This document shows positions 39,640-49,876 of a stretch of DNA of 64,000 bases, piece by piece. Both the position numbers and the translations under genes were made by a program. Numbering within the stretch: position 1 is the first letter of the stretch; each line of letters begins with the position of its first letter. The stretch covers positions 1 through 64,000 of the forward strand of contig CAWAWS010000015.1 of the NCBI GenBank assembly GCA_963785725.1, written 5' to 3'. This stretch comes from an uncultured delta proteobacterium (lineage in GTDB: Bacteria; Myxococcota_A; Polyangia; Palsa-1104). A model generated the notes under the pieces. It saw nothing but the letters and a program-made list of their open reading frames with translations, was not told the origin of the DNA and ran no database searches.

Positions 39640-40880
39640 TCAGCCGCCGTACTGCGCCAAGATCTTGGTGAAGTCGTAGGGCTGCTGGTCGACGCTGCTG
39701 CAGGCGCCGTCGGCCCAATTGTGCGGCACGCTCGGATCGCAGGCCCGATCGCGGTTGAGCGCCCAGTTCGCCAGCCAGCCGAGGTGCTTCGACTGCGCGT
39801 AGGCGAGCAGGCCCTTGAACGTATCGGTCGTGAACAGCTCGCTCGGCTGATCGGTGTGGCCGTTCATGAGCTGGAGGCCCGTGTGCGCGTAAGCCTGCGC
39901 GTCGGTCCAAGCGGGAAAGAGCGCTTTGAGCTGCGCGTGGACGTCTTCGGCGACGGCGATGTCGGCGTCGGTCATCGTCGCTGCCGGGCCGCCGTAATCG
40001 AAGTCCATGATGTTGAAGATGTCGATGCGCGCGCCGGCGGCGATGGCGAGGCTGATCTGCGCCCTGCCCGTGTCGGGGAAGCCGACGGTGGTCATCGGGA
40101 ATCGTCAAGCGAGACGTTGAGCGTGCGGCCGGCGGCGGTGGCGGCGTCCTCCAGGAGCTTGACGGCCTGGAAGCGCTTGGTCTCGTTGGCGGTGTCGCCG
40201 AGCGCGGCGTTCTCGACGTCGAGATCGATGTGCGTCAGCTGGTACTTGTCGATGACGGCTTGGTACGCGGCGGCGAGCGCGCTGGCGCTGCCGCACGACT
40301 GGCCGAGCTCGGTGCCGTTGTAGCCGCCGAACGAGATGCCGACGTCGCCGCCGGCCGCGCGCGCCGCCGCGATGACGGCGGCGACCGTGGTGTCGACTGG
40401 AAACCGGGTTGGCCGCGAGACCGTCCCAGGCCGGCGTGCAGCTGCCGCTGTCGAGCACGAACGCCAAGAGGAAGCTCTTCTCGCCCGTCGCCGCGATGAC
40501 GTCGGGCAGGCTCTGCGGCGAGTCGTCGAGCGGCATGAAGTAGGTGGGCGACCAGAAGCCGCCGGGCGTGCTCGGCCGCCGCACCGGCGTGCGCTGCCGC
40601 CACCCGGCGCTGCCGCCGCCACCGCCGTTGGCGTTCCGCCGCCGCCGCCGTTGGCGCTGCCGCCGCCGCCGGCGTCTCCGCCGCCGCCGCCGTTGGCGCT
40701 ACCGCCGCCACCACCGTTGCCATTGGATGTTCCGCCGCCGCCGCCATCGGCGTGCCGCCGCCGGCCGAGTGGCCCATGTCGCCGCTGCCATCGCCGTTTC
40801 CGGCCGTCATCCGCCGCAACCGGCGGCGGTAAGGCAAGGGCAAGCGAACCGGCCAGCGAAACCACGAACGAAGCGCGCAT
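39640..40880 (-). CDS. Secreted GH18 chitinase (several frameshifts)
   Basis: Signal peptide, GGGGSANG linker, [14 protein letters not shown], catalytic IDLDVE (DxDxE), MDFDYG and WALNRD. Confidence 0.8.
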
Positions 40881-40978
40881 GGCGCCCGTCACCGCAAGCG
40901 CCGCGCCAGCAACAACTGCTGGAAATCGCGCGGCCGAGCTGGGGAGCGGCGCACGCAGCCGTCAACCGCATGTGGACG

Positions 40979-41141
40979 GAGGGACGTCCCCGATTCTCTC
41001 CCGTCGCTGAGCCTGCTGCGCCGCCGGTCTGCCGCGTCTCTCCGCGGTCACAGGCCTACGGGCCAGCTCCCTTCGTCGTTCCTCGCCGCCCGATGTCCTC
41101 GCGACGGCGCACCTCGGTCCGGGAATCCGGGACGCCCCCTC
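40979..41141 (-). repeat. Long imperfect inverted repeat, candidate structured RNA or MITE
   Basis: GAGGGACGTCCCCGATTC pairs with GAATCCGGGACGCCCCCTC. Inner CCGTCGC/GCGACGG helix. Confidence 0.4.
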
Positions 41142-41181
41142 GGCTGTTTCGCGATAGGATACGCGGCGAAGGAGCTCTGTC

Positions 41182-42190
41182 ATGGCCGACCGGATCGGAC
41201 TCGTCGCATTCTGGAAGAACTACGATCGCAAGCTCTACCTGCGCGCCGCGCAGCTCGCCGACGAGCTCGGCTACGACTCGTTCTGGGTGCCCGAGGCGTG
41301 GGGCTACGAGATCTCCACGCTGCTCACCGAGATGGCGCTGACGACCAAGCGCATCAAGCTCGGCACCGGCATCTTCAACGTCTACAGCCGCTCGCCCGGC
41401 CTCATCGCCATGACCGCGGCGACGATCGACGAGATCAGCGAACGGCCGCTTCATCCTCGGCATCGGCACCGAGCGGCAAGAACGTCATCGAAGGCTTCCA
41501 CGGCCGCAAGTTCGACAAGCCGCTGACGACGGTGCGCGACGTCATCCGCGTCGTGCGCACGCTGCTCGCCGGCGGCAAATTGTCGGACGCGCACGCGGAG
41601 ACGGCGGAGTATCGCCCGTTCGCGCTGGAGATGAAGCCGCTGCGCAAGTCGATCCCGATCTACGTCGCGGCGCTCAAGCCGAAGGCGATCGAGTCGATCG
41701 GCGAGCTGCGCCGACGGCTGGATTCCGACGTTCTGGCCCTACGACAAGTTGCACGAAGGCCGTGCGCTGCTACGAGGCCGGCGCCAAGAAGGCCGGCCGC
41801 GACGCGAGCCAAATCTCGACCGCGCCGTTCACGACGGTCTTGCCGCTCGGCCTGGAAGCGGGCGGCATGATGGCCAAGCGCATCATCTCGTTCTACATCG
41901 GCGGCATGGGCGACTATTACACCGAGCTGCTCTCGAACTTCGGCTTCGCCGACGACTGCAAGCGCATCGTCGAGCTCTACGCGTCGAAGGAGACGCGCGG
42001 CCAGGCCGCGGCCGCCGTGTCCGACCGCATGATCGAGGCGCTCACCATCGCCGGCGACCCGGCGCATTGCGTGGCCGAGCTCAAGCGCCGCCGCAGCTTC
42101 GGCATCGACTTGCCGATCTTGAACTTGCCCACCGATATGCCGTGGGAGATGGTGGAGCTGTTCATTCGCGGCATGGCGCCGACCGCGTAA
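41182..42190 (+). CDS. LLM-class (luciferase-like) flavin/F420-dependent oxidoreductase (~4 indels)
   Basis: [34 protein letters not shown] and IPIYVAAL. Confidence 0.85.
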
Positions 42191-42297
42191 CGTCGCAAGA
42201 CTCGTCTGCAAACGACTGTAAGCACTCTTTTTCTGAAGGATCGGTCACGTCTCCGTCACTCACTCGGTGCGGATCGACCCGATCCGTCGGAGGACTC

Positions 42298-43188
42298 ATG
42301 TCGGCGCGCTCGTCTCTGGTTTGCGTACTGTCGCTCTCGCTGTGGGCCGGCTGCCGTTCGGACGGCTTGACGACCACGGTGCCGGTCGTCGACAGCGGCA
42401 GCCCGGTCGTCGCCGCCGACCTGAGCTTGGGCCCGACCGGCACCTGCAGCCACAACTCGTGCGTCACCGGCATCGCGCTCATCTCCGGCTGCGATCCGTG
42501 CGTCACCGCCATCTGCGCCAAGGACACCAACTGCTGCGGTCGCAACTGGAACGCCACCTGCGTCGAGGAGGTCAGCTCGATCTGCGGCGTGTCGTGCGGT
42601 GGCGACGGCTTCGACGCCGGCACACCCATCGACGCCGCGCTGCCCTCGACCGACGACGGCAACCCGATGCGGCTGGCCTGCTCGCCCAACTTCGGCAGCG
42701 GCTTGACCGCCGCGCACGGCCGCCTCGACGGCTATCTCGTGACCATCCTGCCGCCCAAAGGCGGCTACCAGTGCAACGGCGACAGCCAGCACGTCCACTT
42801 GCAGGTCATGATGATGGGCGCCGTCTACGACATCGCCGTCAACGTGCAGGACGACAACGGCGGCGACGTCTACTTCTTGGCCAAGAACATGATGATGCCC
42901 GACGGCGCCTGGGCCGAAGGCTGGCACGCCGGCTACGGCCTCGGCTACGCGAGCTTGGGCGTGAAGTCGACCGATTTCACGGCCATGGACATCGGCCCCT
43001 TGTCGACCGAGGTCGAGAACGAGCTCGCCACCGTCAATCACATCTCGGTCTTCGGCACCGGCTACAACGCCAACGGCGCGCACCTCATTCACTACGAGGG
43101 CGGCACCAACGACGGCGCCATCGTCATCGAGCCGCAGGATTCGCCGTCGCGGCTGCTCATGTTCCGCTTCGTCGAAGATACGTTCTAG
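42298..43188 (+). CDS. Cys-rich lipoprotein with YukJ/DUF2278-like C-terminal domain
   Basis: GGAGG RBS, WAGC lipobox, 8-Cys module, then HVHLQV...YDIAVNV...ISVFG...GAHLIH...DGAIVI. Confidence 0.6.
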   Translation: MSARSSLVCVLSLSLWAGCRSDGLTTTVPVVDSGSPVVAADLSLGPTGTCSHNSCVTGIALISGCDPCVTAICAKDTNCCGRNWNATCVEEVSSICGVSCGGDGFDAGTPIDAALPSTDDGNPMRLACSPNFGSGLTAAHGRLDGYLVTILPPKGGYQCNGDSQHVHLQVMMMGAVYDIAVNVQDDNGGDVYFLAKNMMMPDGAWAEGWHAGYGLGYASLGVKSTDFTAMDIGPLSTEVENELATVNHISVFGTGYNANGAHLIHYEGGTNDGAIVIEPQDSPSRLLMFRFVEDTF

Positions 43189-44169
43189 CTAACGACCGAC
43201 CGGCAGCGCGGCCAGGAACGTCAGCGCCCCCGCCAGCGTCGCGTACTCGATGAAGATGGGCCACGACGGCGGCTGCGGCGGGCGCGACTGAAACGCGCGC
43301 ACGAGCGCCATGATGGCGAGCAGCGCGACCATCCCTTCGCGGCTGACGTACCAGGCGACGCCGAGCAGGATCGCCATCGCCAATTGCTGGCCGCGATCGA
43401 GCGCGCCGAACGCGCGGCCGCCGTCGAGCGGACCGAGCGGCAAGAGGTTGAACAGGTTGATGTACGCCGACAGCTGCGCCAGCGCGAGCCAGTAGTCGCC
43501 GCCGCCGCCGAAATAGCCGATCGCCCACGCCAGCAGCGACGCGCCGAGGCCGAAGCGCGGACCAGCCAGCCCGACGCGCGCCTCTTGGTAAGCGTCGGCG
43601 ATGTGCTGCTTGAGCCGCACGAGCGCGCCCAGCCCGGGAATGAACATCGGCGCCGACGCGTCGACGCCGTAATGGCGCAGCATGATGACGTGGCCCATCT
43701 CGTGGATGTAGATGGCGAAGACCATGCCGACGGCCATCTTCAAGCCCCAGCGGTGCCAATAGACGCCGGCGAAGACGAGCATCGAGGCCAGCGTCGACAG
43801 CTTGGTCAGGCCGAGGAGGATGAGCTTGCCTTTGCCGAGCAGCGCGAGCAGCGAGCCGCCCAGCGTCGCGCCTCCGAGCCACGACTGCGACCGCGAGCCT
43901 TTGGCGCGCGGCGCGTCGACCGCCTGGCCGAGCTCGACGATGCGGGCGGCGACTTCGCGATGCTGGCGCGTCTCTTCGGGCAAGAGCGGCAACGCCGTGC
44001 GCCAGGCCGCGAGCGCGCCGCTCAAGTCGCCGGCGCGCTGCCGTTCGTCTGCGCGCGCGGCCAGCGCCTTGAGCTCGGCGGCGTGCACGAGCGCGCGGCA
44101 CGACGGGCAGGCGAGCAGCGACGGCGGCAGCGCGGCGCCGCACTGCGCGCAGCGCGCGTCAGCCGACAT
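43189..44169 (-). CDS. Site-2 protease (M50) with N-terminal zinc ribbon
   Basis: HEMGH, LAGP and FNLLPLGPLDGGR. CxxC...CxxC N-terminus. Confidence 0.9.
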   Translation of the reverse strand: MSADARCAQCGAALPPSLLACPSCRALVHAAELKALAARADERQRAGDLSGALAAWRTALPLLPEETRQHREVAARIVELGQAVDAPRAKGSRSQSWLGGATLGGSLLALLGKGKLILLGLTKLSTLASMLVFAGVYWHRWGLKMAVGMVFAIYIHEMGHVIMLRHYGVDASAPMFIPGLGALVRLKQHIADAYQEARVGLAGPRFGLGASLLAWAIGYFGGGGDYWLALAQLSAYINLFNLLPLGPLDGGRAFGALDRGQQLAMAILLGVAWYVSREGMVALLAIMALVRAFQSRPPQPPSWPIFIEYATLAGALTFLAALPVGR

Positions 44170-44806
44170 GCGGCGGCGGGCTGACGACTGGCGTGCTCAC
44201 GACGTGCGGTCCCGTGATGGCGAGCTGCGGCGTGCGATTGAGCTTCCACGCTTCCCACAGCGCGAAGCTATTGACGAGGCCCGATAGCGGCGAGTAGTAG
44301 CCGCTGAGGATCGGGCTGATGAGGAGTGAGAGGATGCCGGCGATCTCGTGGCGACTGTCCTGGAACTGCGGCTGCTTGAGCATCTCTAGAAGTTCGGGAA
44401 AGAACGTCAGCGCGACCGAGAGATACGTCAGACCGACAGCGAGCGCCTGGTAGCCGAGGCCGCCTTTGCTGTTCGCGCCCTTGGCGACGGCTCTGCCGAC
44501 CATGTAGCCGACGAGCACCGAAATGAGGCCGAGCCGATAGCCCGTGATCGCCGTGACGCCGTAGTAAATCGCGGCGCCCAAGATGGCCGCGCCGGTGCCG
44601 CCCAACAGCGCCTTGCCGAAGCTGCCTTGGCCGAAGCGCTCGCCGACCGACGCGAGCACGCGGGCGTGGCAGGCGGCGCACAAGATCTTGCCCTGCACCG
44701 TGAAGTAGCGGTCGACGATGGCGCTCTGGCAGCCGACGCAGCTCTGCGCGCTCGGGCCTTTGGCGACGTCGTCATCGGCGCGATCGAACTGCAGCGGCTC
44801 GCTCAT
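44159..44806 (-). CDS. Zinc-finger membrane protein
   Basis: CVGC...CAAC followed by several TM helices. Overlaps the protease gene. Confidence 0.7.
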   Translation of the reverse strand: MSEPLQFDRADDDVAKGPSAQSCVGCQSAIVDRYFTVQGKILCAACHARVLASVGERFGQGSFGKALLGGTGAAILGAAIYYGVTAITGYRLGLISVLVGYMVGRAVAKGANSKGGLGYQALAVGLTYLSVALTFFPELLEMLKQPQFQDSRHEIAGILSLLISPILSGYYSPLSGLVNSFALWEAWKLNRTPQLAITGPHVVSTPVVSPPPHVG

Positions 44807-44870
44807 CGGCGCATGATGGGCGCGTCGGCGGCGATCGTCGGTAATGCGGATCACGAGTTGTGTCGAATGG

Positions 44871-46602
44871 TTACGCGACGTCGGCGGCGCTCGCCGGCGG
44901 CTCGGTGGGCACGACGAAGCGGACGGTGGTGCCGACGCCGACCTGGCTCTCGACGGTGATGCGGCCGTGGTGCGCCTCGACGATGCGCTTGGCGAGCGCG
45001 AGGCCGAGGCCGACGCCGCCGGTCTTGCGGGCGCGGCTCTTGTCGCTGCGGAAGAACGGCTCGAACAGCCGCGGCATGTCGCCGGCGTCGATGCCGATGC
45101 CGTGGTCGCTGACGGCAAATTCGATGTCGTCGTCCCGTTTGGCGATGGTGAGCCGAATGGTCGTGCCCGGCTCCGAATATTTGGCGGCGTTGTTGAGCAG
45201 GTTGTCGACGACGCGGCGGAGCATGGCGCCGTCGCCGTAGAGCGTGGGCGCGTCGCCGGCGTCGACCTCGAGCGTGTGGCGCGCGTGCACGGAGCGGAAG
45301 GCGGCGGCGGCGCGCTCGGCCAACTTGCCGCTGTCGATGGCCTCGTAGCGCAAGGTGAGCGCGCCGACGGCGCCGTCGCGGCCGAGATCGAAGCGCGCGA
45401 CGGTGAGCACGTCCTCGACGAGGCGGTCGAGATCGCCCCAATCCTCGGCGATTTCGCGCAGGCACTGCCGCGCCGACTCCATGTCGCCTTCGGCGGCGAT
45501 GTCGAGCGCCACGCGAATGCGCGCCAGCGGCGTGCGCAGCTCGTGCGAGACGTTGGCCAAGAACTCGCGCTGGGCGCGCAAGAGCGCGTTGACTCGCTCG
45601 GCCATGAGGTCGAACGTCTGCGCGACGGCGCCGAGCTCGTCGTTGCGGCGCACGCCGGCGCGCGCGGTCAGGTCGCCCGAGCCGAACGCTTCGGCCGCCG
45701 ACGCCATGCGCGCCAGCGGTCGCGCCAAGCTGCGCGCGAACAGGAACGAGATGACGGCGGCGCCCAAGAGCGCGCAGGCAATGATGATGGGTAACAGCGA
45801 AGGCGACGGCCACAAATGCGCCGGCGGCGGCGAGTGCTGCCGGCCCGGCGGCCCGAACGCGCCCGGCGGCGCGAAGTCGCGCGGCCCGTGTGGCCGATGC
45901 GGCCGGTGCGGAATCATTTGGATCATGCGAGCCGGGTGGGCGATTAGGCGCGTTCGGCCCGTTTGGTCCGTTCGGCCCGTTCGGCTCGGGCGGCCGATGA
46001 CTGCCGAGCTCCGGCGGACCGTCGGGCTCGGGCGGCGGCACGTGGTCGTCGGGTGGCGGCGGCCCAATCGATGCCGGCGAATCGGGCGCATCGGGCGAGC
46101 CGGGCGGCGCGTGCAGTTGCGCGTGCGGCGAACGCATGCCCGTCATCGGCAGGTCGCCGAGCGGTCGATAGTGCACGAGCCCGTAGCCGACCATGGCGCC
46201 GTTGCGCATGATCGGCACCGCCGTCACCGGCAGCGGTCCACGATGGGGAATGAAGATCATGGCCGCCTTTTGCAGCCGCGCCAAGGCTTCGGCGGCGAGC
46301 GGCTCGAGCGGCGGCTCCGTCGAGGCCACCAGCTTGCCGTCGTTGCGATAGAAGCTGAGATCGATGTCCTCGAGCTTCGCCAGCGAGCGCGCCAACGCGT
46401 CGGGCGAGTCGAAGAACTCGGCGAAGCCGTCGAGCACCGCTTTTTGCCGCACCTGCAGCGACTGCCAGGGCGCCTTTTCCAACAGGCGCTGCACGACGAA
46501 GATGGCGATGCCGGCCACCGCCAGCTGCGCGACACCGACGAGATAAATGCTGAGGAGGAGGCGGCGCTTGGGCGGCCGCGCGTCAGTCGGCGGCGTGGGC
46601 AT
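44871..46602 (-). CDS. HAMP sensor histidine kinase with Pro/His-rich periplasmic region (frameshift ~45910)
   Basis: HAMP DELG, ANVSHELRTPL, NLLNNAAKY, DHGIGI and GGVGLGL. Confidence 0.88.
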
Positions 46603-47338
46603 CGTCTTCGCCGGCGGCCAGCACATAGCCGGCGCCGCGCACGGTCTTGAGCATGCGCGGATGGCGCGGATCGTCGCCCAACTTTTGCCGCAGCCGCGAA
46701 ATGTGGCCGTCGATGGAGCGGTCGAACGCCTCCTCGGCCGAGCCTTTGGCGATGTCGAGGAGCTGCTCGCGCGAGAGCACGCGGCCGGGCCGCTCCGCAA
46801 ACGCGCGCAGGAGCGCGAACTCGTAGCCGGTGAGCGACATCGGCTTGCCGTCGACGCTGGCGACGAGCGCGCCGACGTCGAGCAGGAGGCCGCCGACGCG
46901 CAGGATGCGCTCGGCCGGGCCGGTGCGGCCGCGCGCCCGGCGAACGTGCGCGCGAATGCGGGCCAGCAGCTCGCGCGACGAGAACGGCTTGGTCACGTAG
47001 TCGTCGGCGCCCGACTCGAGGCCGAGCACGCGATCGGCCTCTTCGCCGCGCGCCGTCAACATCACGATGGGCACGTCTTGGCGCTGGCGCAGCGCGCGGC
47101 AGACTTCGATGCCGTCGCGGCCGGGCAGCATGATGTCGAGCAGCACGAGGTCGAATGCCTGCCGCTTGGCTTGCGTCAGCGCCTCGTCGCCATCGGCCGC
47201 CAGCGTCACGTGCACATGATGGTTCGACAGATACTGCGCCGTGATGCGCGCCAGCCTCTCGTCGTCTTCCACGAGCAGCACCGAGATGCCGCCGACGTCG
47301 GATGCGCTTTCCACGATTTTTAGTATAGGCGAGGACAA
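46583..47338 (-). CDS. OmpR-family response regulator
   Basis: VEDD, LDIMLP, MLTA, KPF and DRSIDGHISRLRQKL...TVRGAGY. Start uncertain. Confidence 0.93.
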   Translation of the reverse strand: MSSPILKIVESASDVGGISVLLVEDDERLARITAQYLSNHHVHVTLAADGDEALTQAKRQAFDLVLLDIMLPGRDGIEVCRALRQRQDVPIVMLTARGEEADRVLGLESGADDYVTKPFSSRELLARIRAHVRRARGRTGPAERILRVGGLLLDVGALVASVDGKPMSLTGYEFALLRAFAERPGRVLSREQLLDIAKGSAEEAFDRSIDGHISRLRQKLGDDPRHPRMLKTVRGAGYVLAAGEDDAHAAD

Positions 47339-47487
47339 GTGCGCGCACGTGCGGCGATTGTGAACAAGTGTTCGCGTCTAAATCAGCGCGCGGCCGTTGC
47401 GCACACTTGTCGACGCAGGCTTTACGCGGCGGTAACGCTGGCGCGGCATGCTCGTTCTCGCGCCGAATCGCGCACAGGAGAACGCCC

Positions 47488-47784
47488 ATGAAGAAGCTGA
47501 GCTGGATGTTTGGACTCTCGACGGCGCTGGCGCTCGGTGGCGTCGCGCTCGCCGATGACGCCAATACGAATGACGGTCCGCCGCCCGGCCACCACGGTCA
47601 CCATCGCCCGCCGGAAGCGGCGTTCACCGCCTGCGCCAGCCTCACCGAAGGCGCCGCCTGCACCGCCGAAGTGCATGGGAACACCGAGACTGGCAAGTGC
47701 GTCAAAGTCCCCGAGCAGTTCAAGGACGACGCCGGCAAGCTGTTCTGCGGCTTGCCGCATCCGCCGCATCCGCCGCATCCGTAG
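47488..47784 (+). CDS. Small secreted 4-Cys, His/Pro-rich protein
   Basis: AGGAG RBS, signal peptide, PPEAAFTAC..L.EG.AC, and a PHPPHPPHP tail. Confidence 0.8.
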   Translation: MKKLSWMFGLSTALALGGVALADDANTNDGPPPGHHGHHRPPEAAFTACASLTEGAACTAEVHGNTETGKCVKVPEQFKDDAGKLFCGLPHPPHPPHP

Positions 47785-47928
47785 CGCGCGCCAGAACAGC
47801 CGGGCGCGGCTGTGCATTCCCGGCACGTGACGAAACGTGCGCGCGCGATGATGAAGCGCGCAGGGAAGCACGATTCGGCGAACGCAAAAGGCGGCTGCGG
47901 CGTTCAATAGAAAGGAGGGTAGTGCACC

Positions 47929-48165
47929 ATGGCGCAGTCGCAGCTGCAGCGCTTCTTAGAACGCACGCTGGCCTTCGCGCACGAGGCGCTGGAGGCGCCG
48001 ACCGTCGAACGCTTGCGACGGGTTCGCGATTACATGGACGTACTCGGCCGCGTCGAGCGGCTCCAGATGACGCTGGCCGAGGCGCGTCAGATCGTCGTGC
48101 TGGTGACGCAACTGCGCACCGTGTGCGCCGCCGCCGATCGGCAGCTGCAGCAGCTCGGCGGCTAA
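47929..48165 (+). CDS. Small helical hypothetical protein
   Basis: Strong AAAGGAGG RBS. 78 aa. Confidence 0.65.
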   Translation: MAQSQLQRFLERTLAFAHEALEAPTVERLRRVRDYMDVLGRVERLQMTLAEARQIVVLVTQLRTVCAAADRQLQQLGG

Positions 48166-48172
48166 ACACTGT

Positions 48173-48670
48173 TTAACTCTTGTTGGGCCGCTTGGGCGTC
48201 CACGCCCAGATCATGCGGCATTCCACCGGCTCGATACCGGCCTCGTCGGTGACGTTGACCGCCACCGTGACCTCGCCTTTGTCGCTGTCGCGAATGTGGG
48301 CGCGCTGTTCGTCGCTGAGCGTGGCGACGGCGCGCAAGCTGCCGGTCGCGCGCTTGCGATAGTCGAGCGCCAGCGACTTGATGACCGGCACGCGATCGTC
48401 GGGCACGTTCATGCCGACGACGAAGCCGCTGGCGGTCTCGGCCAAGAGCGCCATCGCCGCCGCGTGCACGCTGCCGATGTGATTCTGCACGCGCGTGCGG
48501 TTGCGAATGCTGACGACCGCGCGCGACGCCGTCAGCTCCTCGACGCGCAATCCTGCCGTGCCGACGAACTTGACGATGCGACCGAGCACGAGCGAGCGCG
48601 CGGCCGTGCGCAGCGGCGCAGGGAGGCGGTCGAGCGGGGCGAGCGAGCGACTCAAGCGATTGGCGGCCAT
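48173..48670 (-). CDS. Hotdog-fold thioesterase (PaaI/DUF4442-like)
   Basis: VQNHIGSVHAAAMALLAETASG and LDYRKRATG. Confidence 0.85.
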   Translation of the reverse strand: MAANRLSRSLAPLDRLPAPLRTAARSLVLGRIVKFVGTAGLRVEELTASRAVVSIRNRTRVQNHIGSVHAAAMALLAETASGFVVGMNVPDDRVPVIKSLALDYRKRATGSLRAVATLSDEQRAHIRDSDKGEVTVAVNVTDEAGIEPVECRMIWAWTPKRPNKS

Positions 48671-48733
48671 GGGCGCGAATGAGAGCACGATCGCGATGCC
48701 CCGGCGGCGCTTTTTGGCTCGCATTTGCCCGAC

Positions 48734-48750
48734 CTGGCACGTATTCGGCA
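48734..48750 (+). promoter_or_regulatory. Possible sigma54 promoter CTGGCACGTATTCGGCA
   Basis: TGGCAC with GG-N10-GC upstream of the hemerythrin gene. Confidence 0.45.
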
Positions 48751-48820
48751 TTGACCAAGCTCGGGATGCGATCGGCCGCCGCGGTCGATCGTCACAATCA
48801 TCGATTCCCGAGGAGGTGAC

Positions 48821-49307
48821 ATGGACGCCATCAAGCTCTTGAAGCGGCAGCATCGGCTCGTCGAGAAGCTGTTCGCGCGCTTCGAGGAGAGCGACAGCAA
48901 GGCCGAGAAGAAGCAGCTCTTGTTCGCCATCGCCGACAACTTGGCCGTGCACGCGACGATCGAAGAGCGCCACTTCTATCCGGCCGTGCGCGAGCGGCAG
49001 ACCGAAGAGCGAAGTGCTCGAGGCGTACGACGAGCACCTCGAGATCAAGCGGCTCATTCTCGATTGCTTGCACCAGACCGAGGCGCCCGGTTTCGACGGC
49101 ATGGTCGCGGCGCTGAAGGGTTGCGCCCAGCATCACGTCGAGGAAGAGGAGAGCGAATTCTTCCCGCACGTGCAGCAGCTGTTCACGACCGAGGCGATGG
49201 AGGCGCTCGGTCAGACGATGGAAGCCGAGAGCGAGCAGCTCATGGCCGCGGGCGAGCCGCGCAAGAACGTGAAGGTCGAGTCCGAGCAGCCGGCCGCCAA
49301 TTTATAG
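48821..49307 (+). CDS. Hemerythrin HHE domain protein (frameshift ~49010)
   Basis: MDAIKLLKRQH, HATIEERHFYP, EH and HHVEEEE..FFP. GAGGAGG RBS. Confidence 0.85.
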
Positions 49308-49320
49308 CGGGACGAAGCAT

Positions 49321-49356
49321 GGCGCGCGCCGCCGCACCATTACGGCGGCGCGCGCC
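49321..49356 (+). terminator. Perfect 14-bp hairpin after the hemerythrin gene
   Basis: GGCGCGCGCCGCCG-CACCATTA-CGGCGGCGCGCGCC. Confidence 0.55.
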
Positions 49357-49876
49357 CTGTGTGGACCAGGCGCGCCAGCCAGGCGCGTTTACCGCTTGCG
49401 AGCCAGCGTCTGACGAAAGAACGCAGGCCCGCAGCGTCCTGTTCAGCGCTTCGTTACTCCTTGTAGGAGAGCGTGAAATAACGCGATAACCATTTCACGC
49501 CTCGGTTCCGTTCGATATCCGAAATTCCCCTCAAATCAGCTTTCCGATATCGAGTTATGTCCCCCTTCGAATCACCTCTCGCAGAGTCCATCGGCAGCAA
49601 GTCGCTCGGGTTGAGGCCCGGCTTCGCCCGCTGTTCACGAAAGTGCGATCGCAGCTAAGTGCAGTAAAATTCAACGGCACTCGCGCGAAATTCGTACGTC
49701 GATGTGCGACAAGGTGACGCCTCGCCGCCGGTTTGCATTCACCGTTCGGGAGGCTCGACTACAGTCGTTACGCCCATTCGGATTTTTTTACGTAATAAGA
49801 ATTTCTTCGCTAGAGGTGCGTTCTCCCGCTATGGCATTGTGACTTTCATTCGCGTTGCGAAATGGGAGGATATGCC

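Noticed and set aside
40600..40745. Repeats (CCGCCGCCGTTGGCG)n as a CRISPR or regulatory array
   Set aside because: They encode the GGGGSANG linker of the chitinase. No unique spacers or cas genes.
40979..41141. SRP RNA, tRNA or a known riboswitch
   Set aside because: No SRP helix-8 motif, cloverleaf or aptamer consensus recognised. Kept only as an unassigned candidate.
44660..44745. CAACH as a heme-c attachment site
   Set aside because: It pairs with an upstream CxxC in an N-terminal domain without a signal peptide, so a zinc finger is more likely.
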